A stretch of DNA of 61,121 nt, filler included, from Rhabdomonas costata (taxonomy: Eukaryota): the NCBI GenBank assembly GCA_019059605.1. It is 20 parts of 20 records of this genome, joined end to end, with 100 filler letters (N's around TTAATTAATTAA, not from the genome) between each part and the next. Parts side by side here need not be neighbours in the genome. Positions count along the whole stretch, not along the records: positions 9,194 to 12,157 come from JAHMHO010001640.1; positions 12,258 to 15,220 come from JAHMHO010001641.1; positions 15,321 to 18,283 come from JAHMHO010001642.1; positions 18,384 to 21,346 come from JAHMHO010001643.1; positions 21,447 to 24,409 come from JAHMHO010001644.1; 15 more parts are not named here. The stretch is one strand, 5' to 3'. The translations under genes were made by a program, and so were the position numbers. Below, piece after piece: positions 9,194 to 22,567 of the stretch (position 1 is the first letter of the stretch; each line of letters begins with the position of its first letter). The notes beneath the pieces are model-generated. The model saw only the letters and a program-made list of their open reading frames with translations, ran no database searches and was not told the DNA's origin.

Positions 9194-11927
9194 CTTCTTC
9201 TTGCGCTCCTCCTCCTCGGCCTTCTTCTCCTCTTCCTCCTTCTGCTTCTCCACCTGTGTTCATATGTACGGGTTGGAGTTTTGTGGTTATGGTGATGGTG
9301 GTGGTGGGACGTGAACACTTGAACACTTGTAAACTTTGAACTTCAACAGTGCATACGCAAATGGGCAAGCCCCTCCCCCCCGCCCTCCCCCAATGAGAAT
9401 ATGCAGAACGGGAAAACAAAGGCGACCAGAACCCAACGGGGGGAGAGACGGTCGAAAAAATGAGGGTGACGCCCAATAAGAGACAAAAAAGAAAATAGAG
9501 CAGGACAGGAAATTAGAAAAAAAAATGCGGGTCTTCGGTCTTCAACCTCATCAGAGTGGCAGGGTAGGGGGCATGCCTCCATTCTAGCTGCCCTCTCCTC
9601 CTCGGTGAGGGTCTTCATCTCTTCTGCGAGCTTGGCCTGCGCTTCAAGCTTCGCCTTGGCCTTCTCCTCCCGGGCCTTCACCTCCTCTTCCACCTGTCGG
9701 GAGAAAGACCAAGCCCACGGACGAACATTTTCAGAACAGGCCAAACAAAACAATCCATCCGAAGGGCGGGAGATTCGAAACGGCCCCAATTCTTTGTGAG
9801 CGTCTGATTTTCACAAAATACGAACAATTCCTTCCCGCTACCATGAAAAGCAGCAATTGGCTTCAACGCTTGTGTGCACCTCCGTTAGCGCCAACGTATT
9901 TTCAACATACTACAGGCGGAACACGGACCGGGCTCCACAACTCAACGCTCAGCCGATGAGTAATTATTGGTCACCCGTATTTGCATGACCTCACGGTTAC
10001 CCCTGAAACCAAATTAAACACAGGAGCCGCAGTGCCAAAAAGAAACGAGCAGCTGGGAAAATCGGCGAAGAGGGGTGAGGGGCTGACGGTAGATACAACA
10101 AAGAGCAATTGCAAAAGAGTGAATGCTACGCTTGCAGAAGAAGAAGAAAGACCGCCGAACAAAAGCAAAATCTCACGGTAAACCGTGAAATGGCGAAATG
10201 TGACGAACATTTCAAGTTTTCTGAGTTTCTTCGATCAGCCTAGCGTCTCTCGCAATCTCTCTCTCGTTGACCTTCCGGCGCTTCGCCTCGGCCTCCTCCC
10301 GGGCCTTCTCGGCCTGCGCCAAGCGCTCCGCGGTCTCCTCCTCGCGCTTTCTCTTCAGAGTAGCCGCCTGCACATCCCAACCACGTCACACAAACACAGA
10401 GACTCACGAAAACCACCCCATAGTTCCCAGCCGACTGGAGTAGGCTCCACCTTAAACTGAGACTTTTTTGTAACCTGAACAGAACTCGGGCTCTCGGTGT
10501 AAACCTTGCGTCTGTGCAGCGTTCCCAGTAGGCCCCGATGCAGCCCTTTTGAAGCAACCCGACGCATCTTTGTGTGCCAAGCTACACCGGCAACTGGGGT
10601 TATGCACCTGTACTCAAAGACACCCATCCCAAACCAGCGGAAGGAATATACGGCAGAAAGATCTGATCGAAATGCTGCAATCTAATTTCTCAGTTTCCGG
10701 GTGAAGCTAACCTTACATCCCCCGGGATTGACGCAGAGCCTAATTGGCAGCTGACTCATTCGCCCCTTCACGTGCCAAAGTGGCGATGCCAAGTCACCGC
10801 AGTAGAAGGTGTGTGGATCCCTATTTGCACTGTCGCTCTGTATCGGGTGAGCGCTTGAGAGATCCAAAACCAGGAAAAACAGGGGTGCAGCACCTGCTCG
10901 TCGGCCTCGAACTTCTTTTTCCGGAGGAAGGGGAGGATCTTCTTGGCGTTGAAGTAGCTCAGCATCTCATCAAAGGCGTGCGCAAACAGGCATGCCTCCA
11001 CAGTGTCCTCGCCTACCGATGGACCAGGAACGACAACTACTAGGTAAGTACAACAATGCAACAACGCATGCGATGTGTCCCATGATAAAGGTTTACGGCA
11101 CATTTTACAAAGTGCCTTCCAGCAGACATAAGTGTAGGTGCCCAACCTCATCCAAACAAAACAACTAATCCATTTTCTGCGATGTTTCGCTGCCAGTACG
11201 TGCAGGATGCCGTAAATCGTAAATGGACGGCGGAAGAAACTTTCCAAGGAATTCCACATGAGACAAAAGCCCCCCGCCCAAAAAAAAAGTCCCCAGGGAA
11301 GTTCTGAAAACCGGTCTCGTAAGTGTTGTAGTCCATCAAGGCGGCGAGGGACATCTCCACTGGCTTCAGGACAACCTTCTCGGTCTCCTTGGTGACCTTC
11401 CTCTTGACCATCTTCTTCACCTTAATCTTCTGTGAAGGGGCAACCCCGCCATGGATAGTTTACACACTTCACAGGATAGATAAACCATATCATCCAGGTT
11501 TGGGTCTGAAGACGTTCCCTTCGTTTGAATTCGCAGAAGGAAACAAATCACAATACGTCGCCTTACCAATATCCACACCCATTTTGACGATGCCATGACC
11601 CTCCCCCCTTCTATGTCTTTGGTCCTTTGCGGCTGGTAAAAACCGCCCCTCAAGCCCCACCTGCTTGGGCTCCTCCTCCTCCTCCTTCTCCTTTTCCTTC
11701 TCCTCGCCCTCGGGCTTAGCCTCCTCAGTGTCGCCCTCCGTCTTCTCCTCTTCGGGGGCCTTCTTGGGAGGCTCCGGGGCGTCCTCCTCAACCTCAGTCT
11801 CCACATCCTCCTCGACCTCCTTGGCCTCTTTCACCACAGCCTTGTGCAGCTCTGTCTTGTTCGAGAGATCCCCGAAGGCCTTCCACACGTCCGGAACCAG
11901 CACCACGGTGTGCTGGGTCAGCCCAGA
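9194..11927 (-). CDS. CCAR1/DBC1-like charged nuclear protein, partial, 6 exons
   Basis: Spliced exons give VVLVPDVWK..acidic tract..SLAALMDYNTYETGEDTVEACLFAHAFDEML, resembling the CCAR1 motif LLDY..FEVSLFAELFNEML, followed by E/K coiled coil. Exon phases are consistent. Confidence 0.6.
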
Positions 11928-12948
11928 CTGCCGCAAAGCAGCGTGGTGTGTGTGTGTGCGTGATTCAATAAGGTTTATAGCTCACTCTGAGCTGGAAGTG
12001 CTTTGTGTTCGACTCGCTCGGTATCGCCGCTTTTGATTCTAGCGCCGACGAGAACTGCGCCGGTCGACGTGCTATCCTTGAGGAACCGCTGGCCCCTGCC
12101 GAATCAAACACGGCCTCCTGGGGCATTGTCAAAAACAGTGAAAGTGTGTGTGTGTGTNNNNNNNNNNNNNNNNNNNNNNNNNNNNNNNNNNNNNNNNNNN
12201 NTTAATTAATTAANNNNNNNNNNNNNNNNNNNNNNNNNNNNNNNNNNNNNNNNNNNNCTCTGCTCAGGAGTGCAGCCAGCAGTAGTCAGGACTATTGCTG
12301 GCACCGCGCTAGCAAGGTATTTTGAGTTTTTACAAACATTTGGCGTCTATGCAAAACAAAATTTTTCGAGTTTTTTTTTTACAAAGACAGGCATTACATT
12401 TCATATGTGATTTTGCCCCATTTGGAGGCATGAATTCCAGTTTTAAGAGGATGCGCACACTCAGAAATTCGGATTATATTAAAAACAAGTTTGTCCTTTA
12501 TGGACATGAAAAAAGGACTTGTCCTTTCAATAAGGACCAAAGCAAGGCGCCCCCCAAAAAGTAATGTCGGTCTGCGAATGCTTGCAATTCAGCTGAAGTG
12601 AGCATTTAAGGACCCTTTTCAGGTCTTTTTGAGCCTTCACCAGGCTTGGAAGTTGCACTTTGGGATCTTCACAGGCCTGCTCAGCCTATGCTTTCGGACG
12701 GGGCTGCCTGGTGTAAGGGTCGAGCCAAGGAGTGCTTCATGCTGGCACCAGAGTGGGCTTCCTTATTAAAACTTCCGGCTCCCTTTGCTAAAACATAAAC
12801 ATAAAGAACAGTAGGCTGGCATGGCTGCTCCCAGGTGTAACAGCAACGGTTTTAGGAACTGTTCTCAGTTGCGAGTGAATGCATCTCTGTCTACGTGTGC
12901 GCATCACCGAATGTGTGTGTGTGTGTGTGGTGCGCGCGCGCGCGTCAC

Positions 12949-13056
12949 CGAATCCGTCAGAAGGGCAATGGTCTGCTCGACGTCGCCGCCGGTGTGTCCA
13001 AGGATCCACTGGCAGCGGTCACGGTCAAACCCCATCTCCACAATCTGCTCCAGATG
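12949..13056 (-). CDS. Exon encoding a UBA domain (gene probably also includes exon 14720-14858)
   Basis: TAG|HLEQIVEMGFDRDRCQWILGHTGGDVEQTIALLTDS|GT; classic MGF loop and GDVE.AI.LL pattern. Not present in the ORF track. Confidence 0.8.
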
Positions 13057-15686
13057 CTACAGACACAAAACAGGCACCGCCCTCCACCCCAGCTCAACAT
13101 TCCCACACTAAAGAAAAAAGAAAAGGCAATGCTCTGTACCAAACTGCAAGATTTGTAAGTCTGGAGGAACACGAACGTCACAGAAAACCAAAAACACAAA
13201 AATACCATCAATTCCGCACTGGGCGCTGCCATCCCAGGACGGTGAAAACGTGAACCTTTGTGCAAAAGGACGGGGTGATGGTGGCGCATCATCCACTCGG
13301 AAGGAAGACCCACGAAGAAGAAAGAAGAAGAGCACAGCTGGCAAGAAACGCGACAACAATGCCGGACAAACGTCGGAAATCAGGATAAAAAAGGGAGGAC
13401 TCAAAGGCCCTGATCCCGGAGAGCCTTTCTATCTAATGCCTTTTGAACACTTCGATTGAATTAAGCCGTTCTCAAGCACACTCACTTTGACCGGGGGCGA
13501 AAAAACTGTAAGGAAATAAGTGAGTCATTATGCGCAGATTGAATGGTAAGTGGAGAGGCTGTGTCCCACTATAGAGCCAGAATCTCCAAGAACAGAAATC
13601 TTCTTGGACCTCCCACACCCTTCCTGCTATTATGGCCGCCACTGATGAAGGGCTGAGCTCGATCACTGTTTTTGCAGCACCCTCGTTTGGGCGCAATTGC
13701 AATGCGGTAATTCGGTGCAAGAAAATGTTACGACATCACCAACGAACTGAGGTGGGGCGTCCTGATTCAAATGCTAACATTGTATAAATCAATGCAGCTG
13801 CTGGACTCGAGGGAAGTTTCACAAAACCAATATGACTCCGTATTGATTTTGCTTCGTGGTGCGGTTTCGAACAGGGAGACAGTGATAATCGTCGTGTATG
13901 GGTTCGCCCACCTTCGCCGCCAACCAATATCGCACAACACTACTGCAATAACAGTGTGAGTGCCAGCTTCGAGTATCGGAAAGGACACATGCAGGAAAGC
14001 CGGGGGGCACCAGATGCTCTCAGGGTGGCATTCAGTTTTGAGACAAGGAGGACACTCATAACCCCACCCCACCACACTGCCCACCGGTCAGCCAAGGGCC
14101 AACATGAACACACAGAGACAAACGCAAAACAGAGGCACATGGCCCAACAAGCAACAGATCTGTGTATCCCAGCTTTGCGGAGTGGTTGCCGCGCACGGAG
14201 GAAATTTCTCAGTGAATACCTGCAAGCGTTACCTCAGAAGCCGATCAAAAATACATTGGTCTTCCGCCAATCCGGCCAAAGTTCACTGGTGGATTTGCGT
14301 CAAAGAGTGCGAGTAACCCACAAAACGACAAACTATTACAATTGGAACACCACCGGGAAAGGAGGCCGCTTGTGGGTCGCTTGTATCCGATATTCAGGAG
14401 ATCGTCTAATTCGTTCACCTGAACGCTGGCGACACCATACAGAAACAAATGGCGATATGATACCGTATCGGACCTGACTTGGGCCTCATCACTTGAATAG
14501 AGTGGCGGGTTGGGGTTCATATTTGCTGGTATGACAGTACAATTGAGAGGAGTTGGCTGGCCGGTTCCTGCCTGCGTGTAATTTATTTCTGGCGACCACC
14601 ACTCCAAGCATATTTACAAAGCTGCTCTAATGCAGCTGGAAGTGGAAGCTACACTGAGGTCTAGGATCCCTAAGGTCCCCCAAAGGGGGGCCCAGACATG
14701 CACAAGTGGATAGGCTTACACTGGCAGGCCCGGCTGCGCCACCCACCGAGCGATATCACCTCGGGTGATGGCCCGGACCTGCCCCGTGGCATCCCTGGCC
14801 TGCTGGCCCTCGCACAGCTTGCACATCTCCTCAATCTCTCGAGTGCAATCTTCACCGTCTGCAAAAGACGCAGAATCGATAATCATGTTTGGCACGTCGG
14901 GGCCACATCGAGACATCGGATGACACGTCAAAATTACAGCAGACTAAAGCCATGCCTTGGGCTGGAATTTGGGTAGAGGAGTGGCCGGGGCAGGAACGTG
15001 GAACGGTGGACCCAGCCCTCCCTTTTAGAACTCTTTCCGGTGAAAAAACATTGTTACGAATGGGAACGGTTCTGCAAAAGAAAGCGGCCCGCCGGCAACA
15101 CATGCGGAATCGATAATCAGGTCTCTTGAATAGAAGCCGAGACATAAGGTCAGCAGGGACAAAGTCGCACAAAAAACCCATTTTTTTGTGCTGGAGGAGG
15201 GTCCTCGCCCTCCCCCCACCNNNNNNNNNNNNNNNNNNNNNNNNNNNNNNNNNNNNNNNNNNNNTTAATTAATTAANNNNNNNNNNNNNNNNNNNNNNNN
15301 NNNNNNNNNNNNNNNNNNNNGGGGGTTGGTGCTGTTGACGGGTTACCCGGTTGCCACACTGCAATTCCAGATAGCGTGTCGGGCCATCGACGTATGCAGC
15401 AGCGTCGGCTCTGCTTGTCGTGTGTACCTGGTTTGCCGTCTTTTACTGTGCTTCACCGATCGGAAGTCATCACCTGATTCCTCCTTTCCCGAACCGCTCA
15501 GGTGGTATTTAGGGGTACCGTTCGTTTCAGTTGGCAAGTATTTGCGGTTGGCTTCCTTTTTTTTTTTGCCCGCTCCTACGTATCATTATCAAACGGACGA
15601 GAGCAACTTACTCATCAACGGTTTGTTTTCCTGTGGAGCTGCCAAATGTCATCTTTCTCGTTCCGGTGGTGATGCCTTCTTCAGGG

Positions 15687-17100
15687 CAGAACCTTGGAAG
15701 ACGTTGTGCAGGAGCTGGCCGAGGAGCACCGCCAGAGACTTCAACAGAACAGCGCCCGGCGGCTGGCCGACGAGGAGGGCAAGACTGTCCGCCTGACCCG
15801 ACTAAGCCCAACTCAGCTGAATGCCTCTCACCCGTTCGGGCTGACCGTTTCGGTGACGGAGGTCAGCGGGCATGCGGAGAGGGTTCGGCTGGGCCCTGGT
15901 CCGGTGGTGACATGGTTTTCGGATTCGGTAGTTGCGTGTGTACACGTCTGTGTGGGTGGATGTGTCTCAACATGTTCGTACGAGTACCGATGCTTGTTTG
16001 TTTTTTGGTTTTTCAAGACTGGCCCAGGTTTTGGTGATTGCTGATATTGTAGCAGTGGAAGCTAGGTACCCCTTCGCGTTTCCGGTGCTAACCACAAGGG
16101 AATTTAATGCGCCTTTCTGTGCTTACCCCTTATTTTGCTGAGTTTTTTCTTGCCTCACGAACGAATTCTGACACGATACAGGAGAGTTTTTCAATTAATT
16201 GGATTGCTGGGTTTGCTAAGTGTGCACAATGAAGCTCCGTGGCGTAGACATCCTGCATTTTCTGCCTCCAAAAGTACCGCAAAGCTTTCACATAGACTGG
16301 CAAGATCATTACGGTGCAATACGCTTCTTTTCGTCTTTAGAAGTGCCATGACGAATGGGCCTACGCTTGCCGCGTGGAACCGCAGAGCCCTTTCCCCCCA
16401 CCCAGCGCCCCGAGGAAGATCTCCAGCGGTTCGAGCGCGGTGAGCGATGCCCCTGTGGGGTTTTGGGTCCGCTTTGGCGACACGACTATATTAGAGGAAG
16501 CTCTTCATTTCGTCCAGCCGGTGCTCGCGCCAGACGCAGCAGTGTCCTCGGCAACGGACTTTCCTCGGAAGAGGTTTGGAGGCGTGCTGGACTGGACCAC
16601 AGGAAACAGGTAGCACCCGAGGAGCTCCTTTTACGGGAAAGGGGTACCAATTAATTGCTATCACACTACAATTGTATTGTACAGCACAACCATGATGTAA
16701 AATCCAGCATAGCATTCAGCGTCGGCGCCGGTGCGAAAACGTAACATTATAGTATCTCAGTACATCTCATATCGGTGCGAACGAAAATGGCTGTTGGCAT
16801 TGCGGAACCCTTTATTCAGACTGTAGAAGACGATGGCAATAATATACCACTGAAACGGACCCTCTCGTATGGGAAGCTTTCCGCTGAAACTGCGTGAGCT
16901 TTTCCTTGTCCGAAAGGACTGATTTTCAGGATTGCAAGTACGAACTCGTTGGGTAGTATTAGCTGTAGTATTAGCTGCACTTTGCTCCCCGGCTTGTCTG
17001 TCTCTGGCATTTCAGGCACCTGCTTGCGGGTCTCATCGCCGCGGTGCGCCCCGGAGCCACCGTCGCCCCCTCTCAGGAACCCGAAAGCTACACCGTTTCT
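15687..17100 (+). CDS. Uncharacterised multi-exon protein fragment
   Basis: GC-rich exon-like blocks at about 15687-15903, 16341-16609 and 17016-17090 with AG/GT borders; no family recognised. Confidence 0.35.
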
Positions 17101-18895
17101 AAGCCAAAACGTCAGTGGAAAGCATTGGTGCAACCCCTGTTTGCATGCCAATAGAACCCGGATGCAGCACACAAAACCACGTGCACCAGTCTTGTTTTTT
17201 TTTTTTTGTGTTTGCGAAAAATGTTCCAGAAGCACTTTGCTTCTGCTGCAGTGATCTTGATCCTGCTGAGTGTGGGAACTTCTGTGTAATGTAGAAGGAT
17301 TGCATTATTCTTTTCGGCGGGCATTTGCCTTGAACTAGCAAAGGTCTCTCTTGCAGTGGGGTTCTCTAAAAGGGGTGGCGACTTACGTCCCTGCTCCCAC
17401 AAACTCGGAAGCTATGCTGCACTACCTCTTTTCTTTTCTTTTTTCATTTTCCCGTGCGTGCGACCGTGTACGTGTGTGCCTGTGTGTTTGTGTGTGTGTG
17501 TGTGTGGAAGAGATTGTGGTTAGGATACGCACAAGGCCCAAGTATTGGGCTGAGTCTGTATAAGCGGGGGCGGGGGATTGGAGGGGGTGAACTCCCCAAC
17601 GCTGCATGGGGCAGCGCTATTTGATGCGCTTATTTCTGCCTTGTGTTTGTAATGAGGCTGTGCTTTGAGTGTGTCAGTTCTACACTCCTTCACGAGTCAC
17701 GACCCCATTTCTCAGTTGGGTCAGTGATCGCCCCCCCCGCCGCCGCCGTTTTTTCCGTACGTCATGCAACAGCGAGAGCTGTGCTCTCTTCGAACTCCTC
17801 CGGACATGTGACTGCTTGGGCTGGACCGGAGGCTGTTCCCCAACATTCTTTCTTTCCCTCCTCCCCTCTCCTCTGTGATGGCCAACTGGCGTGCCCTCTA
17901 CTGGTGGTCCCCACTACTTCAAACGTGCACGCACACTTACAGACTTTTACTTTTCTGCCTTTCTTTATTTCTGACATGGCACAAAGAGAACATAAGAGAA
18001 TGGATGGATCGGATCCAGATGAGAATGAAAAGATGAAAACAGAAAAGACGTACATTCCTTCTCGGAGAGAAACTCTTTCCTTGTGCCTTGACACCGTGCA
18101 CCCCTCAGACCGCGCTTCCACGCGTTCTTGTCTCCTTACTCCTTTCGTGGGTGCGGCGTTAAGCCCCGAATCTGGCTGCGAGGGCACAATATTAATGAGA
18201 ATTAATGAGGGTCGCCGCCTGGAAGTGCAATTCGGCCTCGGATCCTTGTGCCGATACAAAAAACACTAAATTCACCCAACACANNNNNNNNNNNNNNNNN
18301 NNNNNNNNNNNNNNNNNNNNNNNNNNNTTAATTAATTAANNNNNNNNNNNNNNNNNNNNNNNNNNNNNNNNNNNNNNNNNNNNCACAGCGAGTGAAGAAA
18401 ACAAACTTGACGATCGTGCAGGATGAATGAATGATTAAATGCCGCACGTTGCATTTCCAAACTAGCAGCTGACAGAAAGAGTTTCAGAATAGAATTTGAG
18501 GGGGGGGGGGTCGTCGAATTTCCTTCCCTGCAAGTCATTTATTGAGGGTTCCAAGCAACTGAAATGGTAAGAGCTAAGGGAAGTGAGCTTTTAGGCCGCA
18601 AAAACCCGCTGAGCCAGTTGAGCCAGTTGAAGAAAAGGTCATCTCCCACCCCCAAAAAATTCACCCCTCAACCCTAACCCCAACCATCCGGAGTAGGCTC
18701 ACAACTCCAACTTGCCGTTGGCTTTGCGGAATTCTTCTCCGAATGGGGGACACTTCTCTTTCTGTGACTCTGGGCAATGCTTCCGGGCATGTCCATGTCC
18801 ATTGGCCTACACATTGAGCGTATCCCAACCACAAGAACCCGCGAGATAAATGAGCCTGGAAAACAACAACAACAGAAGTGCGGTATAACAATGAC

Positions 18896-21170
18896 CATCT
18901 GACGTGCGCTCCTCCACGAAGTCCACCGCGGCGTGGCGGCTGACATTCGGCCCCAAGGGGTCGCAGTGGGTATGCAGCAGCGTGCCATCCCACAGTGGTT
19001 CCTCGCCCCTCCCCAAGCACCTCAACGGCACCCGCACCGCGTGCAGCACAAACCACGTCCTTCGCAAAAAGGAAAGAGAAGCAAGGGAAGGAAAGGAAAG
19101 GAAAGGAAAAGAAAGGTCACTTTCAGGACATCCCATCCCATCCCATCCCAGGATTCACTTCACCTTCAGCCCAGAATAACACCGAGAGAGCGTCAAATGG
19201 GGCGCAGTGGGGAGCGTACTGTGTGTAGGGGTCGAAGTCCACGTCATGGCTGACTGGGCCCAGGGGGGTCGAGGTCAGCGTGTTGTGCACAAAGTCCCAC
19301 ACTATCCCCGCGGAGTGGTCTGACATTCGCCCGTCCGTCCCTCCACCACTTTTCTTGCCCTCTCGGACGCAATTTGAGTCAATTAGCACAAGCGATGCTC
19401 ATGTCCAGATGACGGAAGAACTAAACGAAGACATCGGGTGACCTCGAGTCAAGTGTGGGAGACGTGCACACCAGCGGGCGTGAACGTCAGTGAGACACTC
19501 CGCCGCAAGGGAGAAGCAAACTGAGCAGCGCCGAAAGGAAAACGAAGGGACCCTATATCTCCCAAGGTGAACTCGGCGAATCGTACTGTTGTTTGTGTGA
19601 ACCCGGTACAGAAACCGGCCACGCGAGACGCTTTGTTACACTGTCATGTGCAAGTTTGTTTCATTGATGACGTTACCCTCTTTTTCTCGCCTCGCTTGCA
19701 TGCTTGAGTGAAAGAGCAACCACCAAATAAGAAGCCCAATCACACCTGCAGTGCAGACTGTAAAGAAAAGTGAGGAAGAAGATCCCCCCGCATTCTAGTC
19801 TGCGGTGATTGCGCCAAGGAACGGGGGGTGATACAAGGTTTAACAACGCGGTGCGGCTGAGGCGGGAACGTTGTCTGGGGGGATCTTCGTAGTCATGCGC
19901 CCCCAAGTCGACACCTGCAGGGGGTTTTCTGGCGCCCGAGTCTACCAGCTTAGTTCTGAACATTATTACTCAACGTCGTTAAAGAATTTAAAAACGTTCA
20001 ACGTGGTAACATGGTTTACCCCCTCCCCGCCACCCACCAATAAATGCGTCCGACCCTGATTTCAACGCTCCACATTTCGACTGTAGGACCAGTGCAAGGG
20101 AGGAAGAGGATCCCCGCGCTGACAGGTAAAGTCATGCAAAACAAAGCGTGTGGACGGGGATGGTAGGCAGACCTTTGTAGCTGTCTCGGGTGTCCATCAG
20201 CGAGCGCAGCACCACCACGGCGGTGGAGTTGATGAACCTCGCGGTCCACAGCCGGCCCTGGAACTTCCGACAGAACAACACTTCGCCCCGAAGGTTCAGA
20301 ACCTGCAAGCCATGGGAACGTGGAGAACAAACAATAGGTAAGCGAAAGCCTTCTCGTACTCTGTTAAGTTACCGCCTCACGGAACCGAGAATTACTTTGG
20401 AACAGATGCCCAAATGGGTGCACCCATACACCCACACACGGGTTGATATTGTTTTTGTCGGGTTTTGCTTTGCAATGTTCCACGGTAAACCAGGATGCAG
20501 CATTGAATCAACCAGGACATAAGAAACCAGAACCCGCCGAACTAAACAGAGAAGAAAGGCCTTGCCCTGAGTCACGGCAAAACCTCCAAGGAGCTGGCGA
20601 AGTTCCACTTCCGGTGCAGGGCCCAGGCATGCAGCAGGAGGGCATCCTTGTACAGTGACATCACCCCTTCGCCCCATGGGTACACAATGTGCCTGGAATT
20701 GTAGGAAAGCAAACAGCAACCTAGGCGTTTCACGGGGCAGGGAAAACTAAGAAACAGTTCAGGACGCATTTCCTGTTTGTTGGCTACTCCCGTTGGAAAA
20801 ACTGACTTCTTGCTTGGCTTCGGTGTTTCAGCCTGATTGCCAGCTCATGGTGCGGTCGTTCGGCTGAGGCCTGGGAACATACCTATGTGTCGTGGGAAGC
20901 GGTGACAACAGCGAGACATCGAAGATCTGGCTGTGGCAAAGCGATCTGGAACCCAAACCCTAATCCATTGTTTGCAATGGCCGTTCCAGTAAACAACGGC
21001 GTCATACCGATTGCCACCCTCCCCACTATAGCTCAGGTGCTCGGGCCTTCGCGCAAGCATGGCAGAGACAAACTCAGCGAGCATGGTTGCGTTCTTCTGT
21101 ACATGAGCTGCCGGCTCCACGAGGGTGTATTTCAAAAGCAACGGTTTGAAATGTGCAGAGGCACCTACGC
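18896..21170 (-). CDS. Arylsulfotransferase (ASST)-like beta-propeller protein, partial, at least 6 exons
   Basis: Spliced path: LEVLNLRGEVLF..ARFINSTAVVV..GIVWDFVHNTLT..VSHDVDFDPYTQTWFVL..VDFVEERTSDG. Five consecutive exons join in phase; motif order resembles ASST-family proteins. Confidence 0.5.
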
Positions 21171-22567
21171 AAACCTGTGGGAGCGGGTCTCGACCCACGC
21201 AGTGAAGGAGTCTGAGCACCCCTTCATAGGCAGTACGTTGTCAGGCTCCGCCCAGGGCGCGCCAGAGCGCAGTTTCGGTGATTCCCCGCTGCGGTTGCGA
21301 AAGCAGATCTGCCCGGCCACTGCCGCAGCGGGGAATCACCAAAACCNNNNNNNNNNNNNNNNNNNNNNNNNNNNNNNNNNNNNNNNNNNNTTAATTAATT
21401 AANNNNNNNNNNNNNNNNNNNNNNNNNNNNNNNNNNNNNNNNNNNNTGAAAGGGAAGGAATTGGATATTGCATTTTACATTTTCGCCCCTCCTGTTTCAG
21501 CGATTTTGTTGTGTTACTGTCTGGCTGTGTGTGTGGTGGGTAGGAAAACTTCCGCTCGCCCCCCCCCCCAGGTTCCCTGTGGTGTCTGAGGAGCAGCAGC
21601 GGCTTTGGCTTGCTGAGCACAAGGCACAGCTTTCAGCCCAGCTGGCAGCACATGACGGCTCTTGGAAGGAACTGTTTCAGCTGTGAGGCGCCGATTTTTT
21701 GGCATTTTTCTGCTCGGACCCTTCCCTGCGAGGTGCTGCGGACCGCACTGCTGCAGTGTAACAACAGAGCATTCAGCTTTCCTGCGGCCGCTGAAACCTT
21801 CAGGGTCCTTGCGGGTGGACTGTGTTGATTGCCACCGCCGCCTGGGTGAGTTTTCAGCATATGCCGACGGAGTTCAGTTTGCCAGATAGGTCATCAGATT
21901 AGTTTAGTCCAGCAGCGGCCGCCCGTCATCGACCGAAGCGAGCATTGGGGCGGTGTTCCAGCGTTAACATGCTTTTGCACAGGAAGAGGGTCATGCGCCG
22001 CTTTCGTCAGCCCTGTTTTCCTTTTTGCCGTGATGACGAAGAAATCGATCTCAACTTAGTCAGTTCCCTATGGGGGGCGGGCTCAAATTCAAGCCCTCCC
22101 ATAAGGTCATCTGGCAACGAAAGCAAGCAAGATGCATGACTGTTAATCATTATTAAAGGTTTAGCGTCGTTGCACGTTAGCGGTGCCAGACGGTGAGCGA
22201 TTCCCCTCCCTCCAAAAAAAGCTTCAGCTGGTAACGAGCACGTTGGGGTTGATCTTGCGGCACAGGGCAAGTTCGGATTCACCCGATTTACAAGCAGGGG
22301 GCGAGCGGTAAAGAGCTCTATGTCTATTTTGGCGGTTTAGCGCTCAAACCAATCTGATTGCCCTGAAGGCCCAGGCCTCACGAAATGTTCATCTGGCGAT
22401 GAAGGCGAGCGGAAATTGTACAATAATTGTGCACAGAAGCAGTGTTAAACGTTAAGCACTGTGTATGCAAGTACGTAAGTTCTCAGTTCGGATGTACCCG
22501 ATTTACAAGCTGAAATTTTATTCCTAACTTCTCGTCGCAGCCTTTTCTCATCTTCTTCCCCTCAAAG

